64,000 nucleotides of DNA from an uncultured virus (IMG/VR IMGVR_UViG_2937164673_000001) (taxonomy: Duplodnaviria; Heunggongvirae; Uroviricota; Caudoviricetes). Positions 1-8,875 of this stretch are shown in pieces. Each line of letters starts with the position of its first letter. Within the stretch, counting starts at the first letter, position 1. A program made the position numbers and the translations under genes. The stretch lies in the IMG/VR virus record IMGVR_UViG_2937164673_000001. One strand, written 5' to 3'. Under the pieces are notes generated by a model. That model was not told where the DNA came from, did no database searches, and saw only the letters and a program-made list of their open reading frames with translations.

Positions 1-623
1 TCACGTTCACTTTCTTTTTCAAGAAGCTTTATTTTTTGCTCATTTTTCTTTTCACTATAAAAACGCTGATCTTCAAATATCGCAATAACAAACAATCCTA
101 GAGTGGCTGCAGCAATACTTACAGGAGAAAAACTGCGAGTAATCGCAAGCGATACTAACTCGACTATTCCCAACGATGCAATGGCATAAAAATAACTAAT
201 TCTTTTTGAAATTTTACGCCACCGCGTTAAAGCCAAGCAAATTGTTGTAAAAACAATCGATTCGACGATCCAATACCACCAATCTTTTAATGGTAAAATC
301 CCCATCAAGTATTCCACGACATTCACAAATAACGGGGTTATAGCTAATAATGCCCACCATATTTTGTACACTTTATCGCGAAAAAGCATTGTAACAGAAA
401 CAACTTGCATGAAAACGACTTGTCCGATATTAAATAAGGACAACTGAAACAGGCAAAATTCCTGAATAAAGTAAGTTATTATAATAACGGCTCCTAGCCT
501 CCAACTAGTTAACCGTGAATTCTTATACGAAACCCAATACCGTTCAAAATAAATTTGACTGATAATCATACAAATAACGATTATTGGTAAATAGAGTATC
601 GCGTAAAAAAATTTAAGCGCCAA
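1..623 (-). CDS. Membrane-anchored GGDEF-type (diguanylate cyclase-like) protein, 5' part only
   Basis: Manual translation from TTG at 623 (RBS AAAGGTG) is open to the window edge. It has several hydrophobic helices, then ...LLEKESERD, the usual lead-in to the D-x-LTGL start of a GGDEF domain. The domain itself is outside the window; context is an adjacent EAL gene. Confidence 0.6.
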   Translation of the reverse strand, partial: MALKFFYAILYLPIIVICMIISQIYFERYWVSYKNSRLTSWRLGAVIIITYFIQEFCLFQLSLFNIGQVVFMQVVSVTMLFRDKVYKIWWALLAITPLFVNVVEYLMGILPLKDWWYWIVESIVFTTICLALTRWRKISKRISYFYAIASLGIVELVSLAITRSFSPVSIAAATLGLFVIAIFEDQRFYSEKKNEQKIKLLEKESER

Positions 624-795
624 CTGATTTTCACCTTTTCAAAATTTATTTTTATTAATAGCTTTAAAATTATAAAAATTATACTTCTTATAGCTGAATT
701 AATCTAGTAGGTCTTCTAATCTTTTGTTTAACAATGTTTTTGTGATATAATTTTTATATTAATTATTAATAATATTAAGAAAGGGATAGCAGATA

Positions 796-1293
796 ATGAA
801 AAATAATTACCATGATATGTATTTTGAGCATCACCACTGGCTCTTAAAAATTCGACAAACACTACTTATGCTCCTTTGCTGGTGCATTTTCCTTATCCCT
901 ATTATTATCACTACTTCAACCTATGTGGCTTACCAGACTAATGGTCATCACGGATACTTTTTCTGGTATTATGCTGAAGGATTTCGTGAACTTAATTTTT
1001 TAGTAATCATTTTGCTATTTGCTTTAGGAATGATTGGAGTATTCTGCATTACAATGGGGTATATCCAAACTCAAAGAACTCGTGGACTAACTACAAAATG
1101 GCCAACATTTAACATTAGCAAAAGTCATTTACAACGGCAACGAGCTGAATTATTCATGAATAAGCAGTTTGGCGATCTTGAAATGCGAATAAATACTCGT
1201 AATTTTATTGTTAAGCCTGAACAAAATCTAACTAAAAATCAATTACGCGATATTATTAATAATCACATAGAAGGTGATGGAGATGGTTTCTAA
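796..1293 (+). CDS. Two-TM membrane protein, PgaD/IcaD-like partner of the glycosyltransferase
   Basis: 165 aa, two hydrophobic segments, overlaps the start of the GT2 gene. Confidence 0.55.
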   Translation: MKNNYHDMYFEHHHWLLKIRQTLLMLLCWCIFLIPIIITTSTYVAYQTNGHHGYFFWYYAEGFRELNFLVIILLFALGMIGVFCITMGYIQTQRTRGLTTKWPTFNISKSHLQRQRAELFMNKQFGDLEMRINTRNFIVKPEQNLTKNQLRDIINNHIEGDGDGF

Positions 1294-2614
1294 CATTTTT
1301 TATGACGCATTTCAAACAAGCTCACCATGGATGATCTTTCTGATAATAATTTATTTAATTTTATGTTTATATCCCATTTTAGGAGCGATGTTCTGGTTCT
1401 TTGGCGCAATATCATATATTCTTTTTCGCCAAAAAGAAGAACTACCACCAAAAACCGAACTTATTCACGAACCTTTTATCACAATTATGGTTCCGGCTCA
1501 TAATGAAGAAATAGTAATTAAAAGTACTTTAGAGTATTTATTAACCCAATTGAATTATCATAATTATGAAGTACTTGTAATGGACGACGGCAGTCAAGAT
1601 CAGACGCCTGAAATCCTTCACACAATGCAGGAAAAATATCCACGCTTACGGGTTATTAGAATTGAGCAAAATCAAGGAAAAGCCCACGCCTTTAACATTG
1701 GACTTTTCTTTGCAAAAGGCGAATATATTCTTAGTAATGATGCCGATACAATTCCTGAAACTGATGCACTGATAAAGTACATGCAATATTTTACAAGTGC
1801 TAATGGGATTAACTATGCTGCTATTACTGCTAATATGGACGTTTATAATCGTTCTTCCTTATGGGGTAAATCCCAAACAGTTGAATTCTCTAGTATTGTC
1901 GGCATAATCAAACGAAGCCAAACTGCTATTAATAACACAATGTATGCCTATAGCGGTGCAAATACCATGTATCGACGTGATTTTCTTATTAGTGTTGGTG
2001 GCTTCCGCCAAGATCGGGCGACTGAGGATATTAGTATTGCTTGGGATCATACCTTAATTAATGCTACGCCGAAATTTGCCCCAGATATCATTTTTCACAT
2101 GAATGTCCCCGAAACTTTCCACGATTTATATCGGCAACGCAAGCGATGGGCCCAAGGTGGAACAGAAGTTTGGCTTTCTAATTTTCTGAAGGTTTTTCGC
2201 CATCCGTGGCAATATCGGTTTGTCATCTCCATGCTAACAGACACAACCTTATCAGGTATTTGGTCTTTCTTTTTCTGGATAACAAGTATCATTTTTATTA
2301 TTACAATGTTGTATTTCGCAATAACTGGTAACTACGAACGAGTTTGGCATGGCATCGTTATGAGTATGATCTTTGTTAACTTTCAATTAATAGCTGGTCT
2401 TTTCCAAGTACTGGCGGCCCTGATTCTTGATTTTAATGGATCTAAGTTGCGCTATTTAATGTTTTCGCCACTTTATCTCTTATTTACCTGGATCGTTAAT
2501 CCTTTAACAATCGTTACTACATTTCATAAAGCGATAAAAACCGTTACCGGCCACGGAAGTGGTAAATGGATTAGTCCTGAAAGAAAGGTAGTTGATAATG
2601 ATGGCAAATTTTGA
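1274..2614 (+). CDS. Family 2 processive glycosyltransferase, PgaC/IcaA-like
   Basis: PAHNEE, DDGS, GKAHA, DAD, TED and QRKRW motifs; TM helices at both ends. Confidence 0.9.
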   Translation: MMEMVSNIFYDAFQTSSPWMIFLIIIYLILCLYPILGAMFWFFGAISYILFRQKEELPPKTELIHEPFITIMVPAHNEEIVIKSTLEYLLTQLNYHNYEVLVMDDGSQDQTPEILHTMQEKYPRLRVIRIEQNQGKAHAFNIGLFFAKGEYILSNDADTIPETDALIKYMQYFTSANGINYAAITANMDVYNRSSLWGKSQTVEFSSIVGIIKRSQTAINNTMYAYSGANTMYRRDFLISVGGFRQDRATEDISIAWDHTLINATPKFAPDIIFHMNVPETFHDLYRQRKRWAQGGTEVWLSNFLKVFRHPWQYRFVISMLTDTTLSGIWSFFFWITSIIFIITMLYFAITGNYERVWHGIVMSMIFVNFQLIAGLFQVLAALILDFNGSKLRYLMFSPLYLLFTWIVNPLTIVTTFHKAIKTVTGHGSGKWISPERKVVDNDGKF

Positions 2615-3398
2615 AAATTTTCTTTGGTGGATATTCATTATTTTTACCCTAACTTGTGGCGGCTTTTGTATTGAGGCTCACTATCGATATAAAAATAAAA
2701 ACGGGATTGATAATGAGCACAAATTTTCAAATAAATATAAATATTTTGGCCAACCCGTTTATGACAAACAAAATAAAATTCATGGTTATGAACTTTTGTT
2801 ACGGGAATACAATCAGCATACTAATAAATGGCAATTACCACGGAATGTTGTGAATTTTCCCCTTAGTAAAATTGTTTCTACCATTCAAGAAATTAATCCA
2901 CAGCTAGAAGAGATCGCAAACTTATCTTTAAATATGACCGTCAACCAAATTACCGATTTTCGAGTTGAATATTTCTTTAATTGGGTCTTAGGAACAACAA
3001 ATATTAAACAACTAGTCATTGAATTAGATACTAATGATATTAGACGTGCTAATATTTTTAAACGCAAAGAAATACTACATATGTTCAAAAAGCTCCAACA
3101 TACTCAAATTAAAATTACTATTGAAAATGTTGATTCTTCTAGAAAAACATACAACTTACTACAGCAGTATTTGCCATATATCACCTATTTAAAATTCAAT
3201 GTTCATTCTTTTAATAAGTCGGCAAATCACTGGATAGATATCACTCTTGCGCAGTGGCAAAGAAGAAGCGCCATTTTCAACATTGAAATGATTGTCGGCA
3301 AAATTGATAATGATAGTCATATTGCACTAGTAAATCAACTAAACGTCCCTTTTCGCCAAGGTTATGCTTACGGTCGTCCAGAAAATTTTCAAAAATAA
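2598..3398 (+). CDS. EAL-domain protein with N-terminal TM, probably degenerate
   Basis: FGQPV...GYELLLR, LSLN and QGYAYGRP; the DDFG loop is replaced by ENVD. Confidence 0.8.
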   Translation: MMANFENFLWWIFIIFTLTCGGFCIEAHYRYKNKNGIDNEHKFSNKYKYFGQPVYDKQNKIHGYELLLREYNQHTNKWQLPRNVVNFPLSKIVSTIQEINPQLEEIANLSLNMTVNQITDFRVEYFFNWVLGTTNIKQLVIELDTNDIRRANIFKRKEILHMFKKLQHTQIKITIENVDSSRKTYNLLQQYLPYITYLKFNVHSFNKSANHWIDITLAQWQRRSAIFNIEMIVGKIDNDSHIALVNQLNVPFRQGYAYGRPENFQK

Positions 3399-3413
3399 AG
3401 AAGATAATAAAAA

Positions 3414-3489
3414 TTCCCTCTCACGTAAAACCTAATGAGCAACTACATACTAAGCAGTTTTTCATTTCGTCTGAGAGGGAACTTTTTTT
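3414..3489 (+). terminator. Probable intrinsic terminator of the host operon
   Basis: TTCCCTCTCA / TGAGAGGGAA inverted repeat followed by a T run; the loop is unusually long. Confidence 0.5.
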
Positions 3490-3499
3490 GCAAGAATTT

Positions 3500-3527
3500 A
3501 GTCTACATCAAAGGTAATATAGAAATT
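3500..3527 (-). other. dif-like 28-bp site at the host/prophage junction (candidate att)
   Basis: Minus strand AATTTCTATAT-TACCTT-TGATGTAGACT vs B. subtilis dif ACTTCCTAGAA-TATATA-TTATGTAAACT: 16/22 arm positions identical. Confidence 0.5.
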
Positions 3528-3556
3528 TTGAACGAGTTTCTACCTATTATATAGTA

Positions 3557-3814
3557 TTAATTTTCGAACTGTTTAAGTGTCTTCCAAAATATACAAATTA
3601 AAGCACATTGAATAATGAATGTAAGTACTACTGAAATATTGACACGTCCAATAACAAATAATTCTGTAGAGACGAGAGCTAAAACAACAACGCTTAAGCT
3701 CATTTGTGTAACAGCAATCCAATGCTTTGGCGTCCTATGAAAAAGTGAAGTAGCAATTATTTGAAATAGAATAATGAGACTTATAAGTCCCTGCAAAATA
3801 TATAATGGCTGCAT
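3557..3814 (-). CDS. Small 3-TM membrane protein
   Basis: 85 aa hydrophobic ORF with AGGAGA RBS directly after the recombinase stop. Confidence 0.7.
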   Translation of the reverse strand: MQPLYILQGLISLIILFQIIATSLFHRTPKHWIAVTQMSLSVVVLALVSTELFVIGRVNISVVLTFIIQCALICIFWKTLKQFEN

Positions 3815-3823
3815 ATTATCTCC

Positions 3824-4417
3824 TTACCCGAAATCTATAGTATCTAATAGTCTTTCTCGAGACACTTGGTCTAGCCCCAAATATCTCAAAGTCATTTCTT
3901 CTGATGAATGGTTGAGTAATGACATAACTAATCCGATATTATAATTACTCTGTACGTACACTCGATATGCTCCAGTCTTTCTCATGGTATGTGTCCCCAG
4001 ATATGGAATGTCCAGGAGATCTCCAACTTTATGCATAATTGTATAATACCTTCTTTCATCGATATGTTTCTTTGGTCTGGTAGTCGATGGAAATAGCCAT
4101 GGCGTAGTTTGATAATAATTATTTTCTTCTAACCATTTTTTATAATTCTCTAAATCCTCACGGACAGGTTTTAAATACAATGTATTTTGCTTGCCCGTTT
4201 TCTTATCTTTAATAAATGCGTTTCTTTTTACCTCGCCATATTTATCATAGACATCTTCCTGTTTTAATCTGAGTACGTCACTTACTCGAAGTAAGGTTGC
4301 CTTTCCAACTTGGAAAATAGTGTAGTTTCTAACACCAGCTCTAAAGTTATTTAGTAACGTATCTTGTACTTCAGATAACACATAAGAGTCTTTTATGGGC
4401 AAGACCAACTGTTTCAT
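3824..4417 (-). CDS. Small tyrosine recombinase (catalytic domain only, plasmid resolvase/integrase-like)
   Basis: Start MKQLVLPIKD with AGGTGG RBS; LRVSD, K, HTMRK, LNHSS and TLRY catalytic set intact; 197 aa. Confidence 0.9.
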   Translation of the reverse strand: MKQLVLPIKDSYVLSEVQDTLLNNFRAGVRNYTIFQVGKATLLRVSDVLRLKQEDVYDKYGEVKRNAFIKDKKTGKQNTLYLKPVREDLENYKKWLEENNYYQTTPWLFPSTTRPKKHIDERRYYTIMHKVGDLLDIPYLGTHTMRKTGAYRVYVQSNYNIGLVMSLLNHSSEEMTLRYLGLDQVSRERLLDTIDFG

Positions 4418-4432
4418 AAAACCACCTAATAC

Positions 4433-4541
4433 AAGTGTTATTTTTTGATATATAGAATTATAACACTTCTTTATTTTACCAGCAAAACGAGTGCTAAAAT
4501 AGCTTAAATTAGGAAGTGTTATTAATTTGTAATAACACTTC
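4433..4541. promoter_or_regulatory. Two inverted-repeat sites of AAGTGTTAT half-sites upstream of the recombinase (res-like/operator)
   Basis: AAGTGTTAT-N18-ATAACACTT at 4433-4468, and perfect GAAGTGTTATTA-N5-TAATAACACTTC at 4513-4541. Confidence 0.65.
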
Positions 4542-4561
4542 TTTACTAAAAACAAGCAAAA

Positions 4562-4624
4562 TAAAAAGCCCCACATAAAGTGGAGCCATCTTAGAAAGGT
4601 AGGAATCTATATTTGGATTTTCTT
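4562..4624 (-). ncRNA. Candidate ~60-nt sRNA with anti-SD tract
   Basis: TGaTACAAT extended -10 at 4631-4639, TTCCTACCTTTCT tract, then GCTCCAC/GTGGGGC hairpin and T run. Confidence 0.35.
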
Positions 4625-4860
4625 AATGTTATTGTATCACATTTGTAAATTAGTGGGAGTCAAAATTTGTCAAGGATTATTTTAGACGCTGTGAGCAGTA
4701 TTATTCTATAGTTTAACTGTTTTATTATAAACGTATGATATAATATTAATGTCAAAAAGATTTAATGGCGGTGGCGTAATCCACGAAAGGATGGTGGTCA
4801 CTATGAGCGTAAGCTCGTGGTACTCTCCTCTATCCGTAAGAAGGGAGTGCGCCGTAAAGT

Positions 4861-5130
4861 TTGTCCTTAATTGGACTTTTGCAATCAAGTTGCCCTTGGG
4901 CCGCTTGGACAATTGGAGTTATTCTGGGCTTAACTTTAATAGTTATAGCTTTCAGTTATTTACTCCATGCCGTTGCTCAATGCATTGATGCGGGAAACAA
5001 CGTTGTCAGAGCGTTCAAGAGATTCGTACTCACTTGTAAGTCCCCACCAGGTGATGCGACAATCAATAATGATGCAAAAGAAAAACACCGCCTAAATCGC
5101 CTCTGGCAGTGTTTCTTGCGTCGTTATTAA
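4861..5130 (+). CDS. Putative type I toxin (single-TM membrane protein)
   Basis: TTG start, SD AAGGGAG in a hairpin, one TM helix, basic C-terminus, own promoter and terminator, convergent antisense unit. Confidence 0.6.
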   Translation: MSLIGLLQSSCPWAAWTIGVILGLTLIVIAFSYLLHAVAQCIDAGNNVVRAFKRFVLTCKSPPGDATINNDAKEKHRLNRLWQCFLRRY

Positions 5131-5216
5131 AATAATGTCGTTAGTAACTTGCCACCGCTAATGAATCTCGATGACACTGAAAGGGCTGTGTTGGTAGCGC
5201 AGCTCTTTTTGTTTAC
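5076..5216 (-). ncRNA. Putative antisense antitoxin RNA
   Basis: TTGTAC-17-TATTAT promoter with TG extension at 5223-5251; terminator AAACACTGCC/GGCGGTGTTT plus U tract ending ~5076. Confidence 0.55.
5180..5210 (+). terminator. Intrinsic terminator of the toxin-like transcript
   Basis: AAGGGCTGTGTT / AGCGCAGCTCTT stem followed by a T run. Confidence 0.7.
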
Positions 5217-5275
5217 ACAATTATAATATCACACTTAGTAATTAAGTACAATGAAATTCAATTTAGCACCAATCA

Positions 5276-5917
5276 CTAGTAGAATGAATTTTGTTGCCAA
5301 AATAATTTGGCCGCAGTCCACGAACCGTATCTTTGCGCAACATATCGATCAGCTGTAGCTTCTTGATTTTCAGGGCTTAGATCTCCGTTAAGGTATGAGA
5401 CATCAAGCTGAAATTTACCATAGTACCGCGAATTTGCAGCAGTATAACTACCACCAGATTCACGTTGTGCAATCCAAGCCTTTGCCTCAGCCTCTGAACC
5501 TGAAGCAGAGATATCTGATACACCACTTGCTACAGGTGCTTGTTGAGTAACTGATGTGTTATTAGTTGTAGTATTTTGTTGGTCGCTAGTTGGTGTAGTT
5601 ACAGGGTTCGTTACATGATTATCGGTATCTTGCCCGTTTACATCAGTGTTCTTTACACCAGGCATAACAACCAACTTATCTCCTACGTGAATTAAATGTC
5701 TATTTGCAATATGATTTTCACGCACAAGAGTATCAACGTCGGTTCCGTGCTTTTGAGCGATTGCAGATAATGTGTCACCTGCTTCTACTTGCACGTGGTT
5801 GCTGTCAATAGTTGTGTCGGCATTTGCTGTTGTTCCTGTTGCTACAAGACCGAGTGCTAATGCTCCCATAGCTGTTAATGCAATCTTTACGCCGTTGTTA
5901 TTCTTAGTGTTTAAAAT
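5276..5917 (-). CDS. Secreted LysM protein, aggregation-promoting factor (Apf/Sep)-like
   Basis: Signal peptide ending ANA-D, LysM (GDTLSAIA), T/N-rich linker, Apf C-terminus AKAWIAQRESGGSY...YGSWTAAK. Probable ATT start at 5917; the track starts at ATG 5869. Confidence 0.85.
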   Translation of the reverse strand: MLNTKNNNGVKIALTAMGALALGLVATGTTANADTTIDSNHVQVEAGDTLSAIAQKHGTDVDTLVRENHIANRHLIHVGDKLVVMPGVKNTDVNGQDTDNHVTNPVTTPTSDQQNTTTNNTSVTQQAPVASGVSDISASGSEAEAKAWIAQRESGGSYTAANSRYYGKFQLDVSYLNGDLSPENQEATADRYVAQRYGSWTAAKLFWQQNSFY

Positions 5918-5921
5918 AGTA

Positions 5922-6545
5922 TCATACTTCCTTTTCTTTATTTTTCTTAGTTACTTTAATTACTGGATTTGTGTAATGGTAGCGGCAAACCGAAATATAT
6001 TCCTGATCACCAATTTGAATTTGATCTCCATCATAGACTGGGGCGCCATCTACCATTCTTAAATTCATTGTTGCTTTATGGTCACACCATTGACAAACTG
6101 TTTTGATTTCCTCTAACTTATCTGCTACCTCGAATAAGGTTTTTGATCCTTCAAATAAGTTACATTGAAAGTCGGTTCGTAAACCATAGCAAATGATAGG
6201 AATATTATATGTGTCAACAATATTAGCTAAATCAACGACTTGCTGTGCAGTTAAGAATTCAGCTTCGTCGATTAAAATACAGTGTGGCCAAACAGTTCTT
6301 CCTTCTGTATCTAACTTCAATAACTTTGTAATTAATTCAATTACATTATCTTCTGGTTTAATTGGTTGTGCTTCACAACTTAATCCTACTCGACTAGAAA
6401 CCTTGCCAACGCCATAGCGATCATCAATGGCACTCGTCATAACCAAAACATCTTTATCTTGTTCTTGGTAATTATGAACTGTTTTGAGTAATTCCAGACT
6501 TTTGCCAGCATTCATCGCCCCATATTTAAAAAATAATTGTGCCAT
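5922..6545 (-). CDS. tdk: Thymidine kinase
   Basis: GAMNAGKS P-loop, LIDEAEF, YGLRTDF, and Zn-binding CQWC...CRYH. Confidence 0.95.
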   Translation of the reverse strand: MAQLFFKYGAMNAGKSLELLKTVHNYQEQDKDVLVMTSAIDDRYGVGKVSSRVGLSCEAQPIKPEDNVIELITKLLKLDTEGRTVWPHCILIDEAEFLTAQQVVDLANIVDTYNIPIICYGLRTDFQCNLFEGSKTLFEVADKLEEIKTVCQWCDHKATMNLRMVDGAPVYDGDQIQIGDQEYISVCRYHYTNPVIKVTKKNKEKEV

Positions 6546-6547
6546 AA

Positions 6548-6910
6548 TTAAATCACGTGTAATTCTTCAAATAAGTCTGCTGCTGGGAACATGCGGAATG
6601 CTGGATGCGCACGTAAGAAATCACGCAGTTCTGTTGCATTCATTTCAACATACTCATAGTTATCTTGGTCTCCACCTTCTGTACAAACCAAGAATTCCAA
6701 TTCCGTTGCATCAAAATCTGGATCTTCAAAATCATATTCTTCTGGATTTTGCACAACAAGTGGATACATATGGAATCCTTTCCAGAAGAACAACGGTTTC
6801 TTACGTTTGTCGTCTTGATCTTCTGAATAGCCCTGGGTTGTAAAAATATAGCCGTAAATATTATCTGGGCTCAATTTCATATCAATGTTTTCTTGTGTTT
6901 CGTTATTCAT
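6548..6910 (-). CDS. Hypothetical acidic phage protein
   Basis: ORF translationally coupled to the upstream stop. Confidence 0.65.
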   Translation of the reverse strand: MNNETQENIDMKLSPDNIYGYIFTTQGYSEDQDDKRKKPLFFWKGFHMYPLVVQNPEEYDFEDPDFDATELEFLVCTEGGDQDNYEYVEMNATELRDFLRAHPAFRMFPAADLFEELHVI

Positions 6911-8057
6911 TAGCATCATCCTTTCGATTATCTTCTTTGTCATTCAACATATCAATTAGACTGTCTAGTGATCCAGACTTTATCAATGAGTTGAAGTGTT
7001 CCATGAATAATGGAGTAATTGCAGCAAGTGCCTTGGTCATTTCACTCATATCGAGTTCATTGTCTTCGTCATCTGATTCTTCTAAATCGTTACTGTCCTC
7101 TGGATATGGATATAGGTCATGTTCAAATACAAATTGAGCAATCATTTGTGCCGTGTCAACAAACTCACTAGACGAATCGACTTCAAGATATACGTAGTCA
7201 AGGAAGTGTTCTAAATCGACAAAGACTACATCGACCAGTTCCATTTTGCCGTCGAGCAGTTCGATCACTAGTTGCCAAGTAAATTCGTCGTCCATGTCTA
7301 CACTCAGGTTGACATAATAATCATGACTGAATGCTTCTTCTAATCTATCAGCGAGTTCCCGTGAATTATTAATTGCTTTTCCTAAATCATTTGCAAACTT
7401 ATTTAGATCCCAATTAGGTAATTTGCGATCACTCTTAATAGGCTTTGCAAAATATACTAGATCGCCTTGGGGTTCCACTTCCTTACCGTTTACCACAAAC
7501 TTGAGTTCTTTAAATTCATCATTAATTTGTTTACCTTCTACGGTATTGTCTTCAAGTTCTAGCTTGGAGCCATGACCACAGCGACCAATTACTGCCGAAG
7601 CAAGAGCAGAAACAATGTCGTCCGAGAATACAGTAATGCTATTCGCCCCATCAAGCGCTTTTGCAATTCCGTATTTCTTTTTATCTAAATATCCATAATT
7701 GGTAATCGCAAGCATTCCGAATAATTGAGCCAATGACGAGGCTAAAATTTCATCGATTTGCCAGAAACCAGCATCATTTTCAATAATGGATTGGATTGGT
7801 TCACTAAATGCGCCTTTATTAGCAAGATTGTCCAATTCAAAGGCGAACGCAAGAAGGTTTAGTACTTCTCGTTTCTTTAGAACTTCGTTGAACTGTTCGG
7901 CGAAATCACTAATTTCATAATCTGGTAAATACTCATGTTGCATTTCGTATGCAATTTCGCCAATAGAATATGCTGTAATACCACGTTTATGTAATTCTTT
8001 TTGTACAAATTCGTATATTTCTTTGTCTGGATAATTAAACTGCTTGTTTGTTGCCAA
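6903..8057 (-). CDS. PgpA/YutG-like phosphatase domain fused to an acidic C-terminal extension
   Basis: N-terminal ~165 aa carry KREV, IDEILA, TNYGYLDK and DDIVSALA. Confidence 0.75.
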   Translation of the reverse strand: MATNKQFNYPDKEIYEFVQKELHKRGITAYSIGEIAYEMQHEYLPDYEISDFAEQFNEVLKKREVLNLLAFAFELDNLANKGAFSEPIQSIIENDAGFWQIDEILASSLAQLFGMLAITNYGYLDKKKYGIAKALDGANSITVFSDDIVSALASAVIGRCGHGSKLELEDNTVEGKQINDEFKELKFVVNGKEVEPQGDLVYFAKPIKSDRKLPNWDLNKFANDLGKAINNSRELADRLEEAFSHDYYVNLSVDMDDEFTWQLVIELLDGKMELVDVVFVDLEHFLDYVYLEVDSSSEFVDTAQMIAQFVFEHDLYPYPEDSNDLEESDDEDNELDMSEMTKALAAITPLFMEHFNSLIKSGSLDSLIDMLNDKEDNRKDDANE

Positions 8058-8853
8058 ATTTATGTTCCTCCTGATATGTATGTATTTTCTTTTCCATTAT
8101 GATGGAATCATGATTATTTTTAGCCCAATGCCATAGTGTTGTCATTGGAATATCGAATTCTTCGTTAATTTGAGCAAGCGTCATTTTCTGTCCGTGAATT
8201 ACGAAATAACGCCTCTGACTGTGATGCTTGTCGACTAAATCTAATCCTCTTTTACCATGCAGGTAACGCCATCTTACTGTATCTTTTTTTACGTTATATT
8301 TTCTGGCCGCCTCCGCATACGTTAACTTTTCTCCATCAATTTCAACTATTTTATTTGTTCGTTTGTTGTTGGACTGATCAACCGCATTTAGTAGGCGACA
8401 ATTTGATGGGGAGTATCCTTTATTAACATCGATACGATCCACAGATTGATCCTTAGGCGGAAGAATCTGATGATTACTTTCCTTCCAATACCATTTAGTA
8501 AAGTTATTTAGGTCATGCCACTCATCGCATAGGGTAATGCCTCTCCCGCCGTATCGTTTATAATCCTTATCATTGGGGTCTTCGCATCTTGTCCTGATCT
8601 TATACCAAGTTGTATAAACTTTTCTAAAATCTTCTTTAGACATACCAGTTGGGTGATAATATTTCCGATTATGAAAACTAGCTCCACAATGTGCCCCTGG
8701 ATGTAAACTTAATACTGATCGGGTAACCAACTTACCACAGTCACATCTACATTTATAGGCTGTTCTATTGACTCCTGCTACTTGCAACCGTGTCTGCTCT
8801 AATAGAGTTAAATGTCCCACTTCTAATCCTGGATAACACTCATTTATTCTCAT
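8035..8853 (-). CDS. Free-standing HNH-type homing endonuclease-like protein
   Basis: CRCDCG, RYGGRGITLCDEW, DRIDVNKGYSPSNCR and C-terminal HTH-like repeats. Confidence 0.8.
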   Translation of the reverse strand: MRINECYPGLEVGHLTLLEQTRLQVAGVNRTAYKCRCDCGKLVTRSVLSLHPGAHCGASFHNRKYYHPTGMSKEDFRKVYTTWYKIRTRCEDPNDKDYKRYGGRGITLCDEWHDLNNFTKWYWKESNHQILPPKDQSVDRIDVNKGYSPSNCRLLNAVDQSNNKRTNKIVEIDGEKLTYAEAARKYNVKKDTVRWRYLHGKRGLDLVDKHHSQRRYFVIHGQKMTLAQINEEFDIPMTTLWHWAKNNHDSIIMEKKIHTYQEEHKFGNKQAV

Positions 8854-8875
8854 TTAATCTTTATGTGTTTCCTCC

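Noticed and set aside
4706..4988. ORFs 4706-4912(-) and 4749-4988(+)
   Set aside because: They overlap the structured leader of the toxin-like gene and lack a usable RBS
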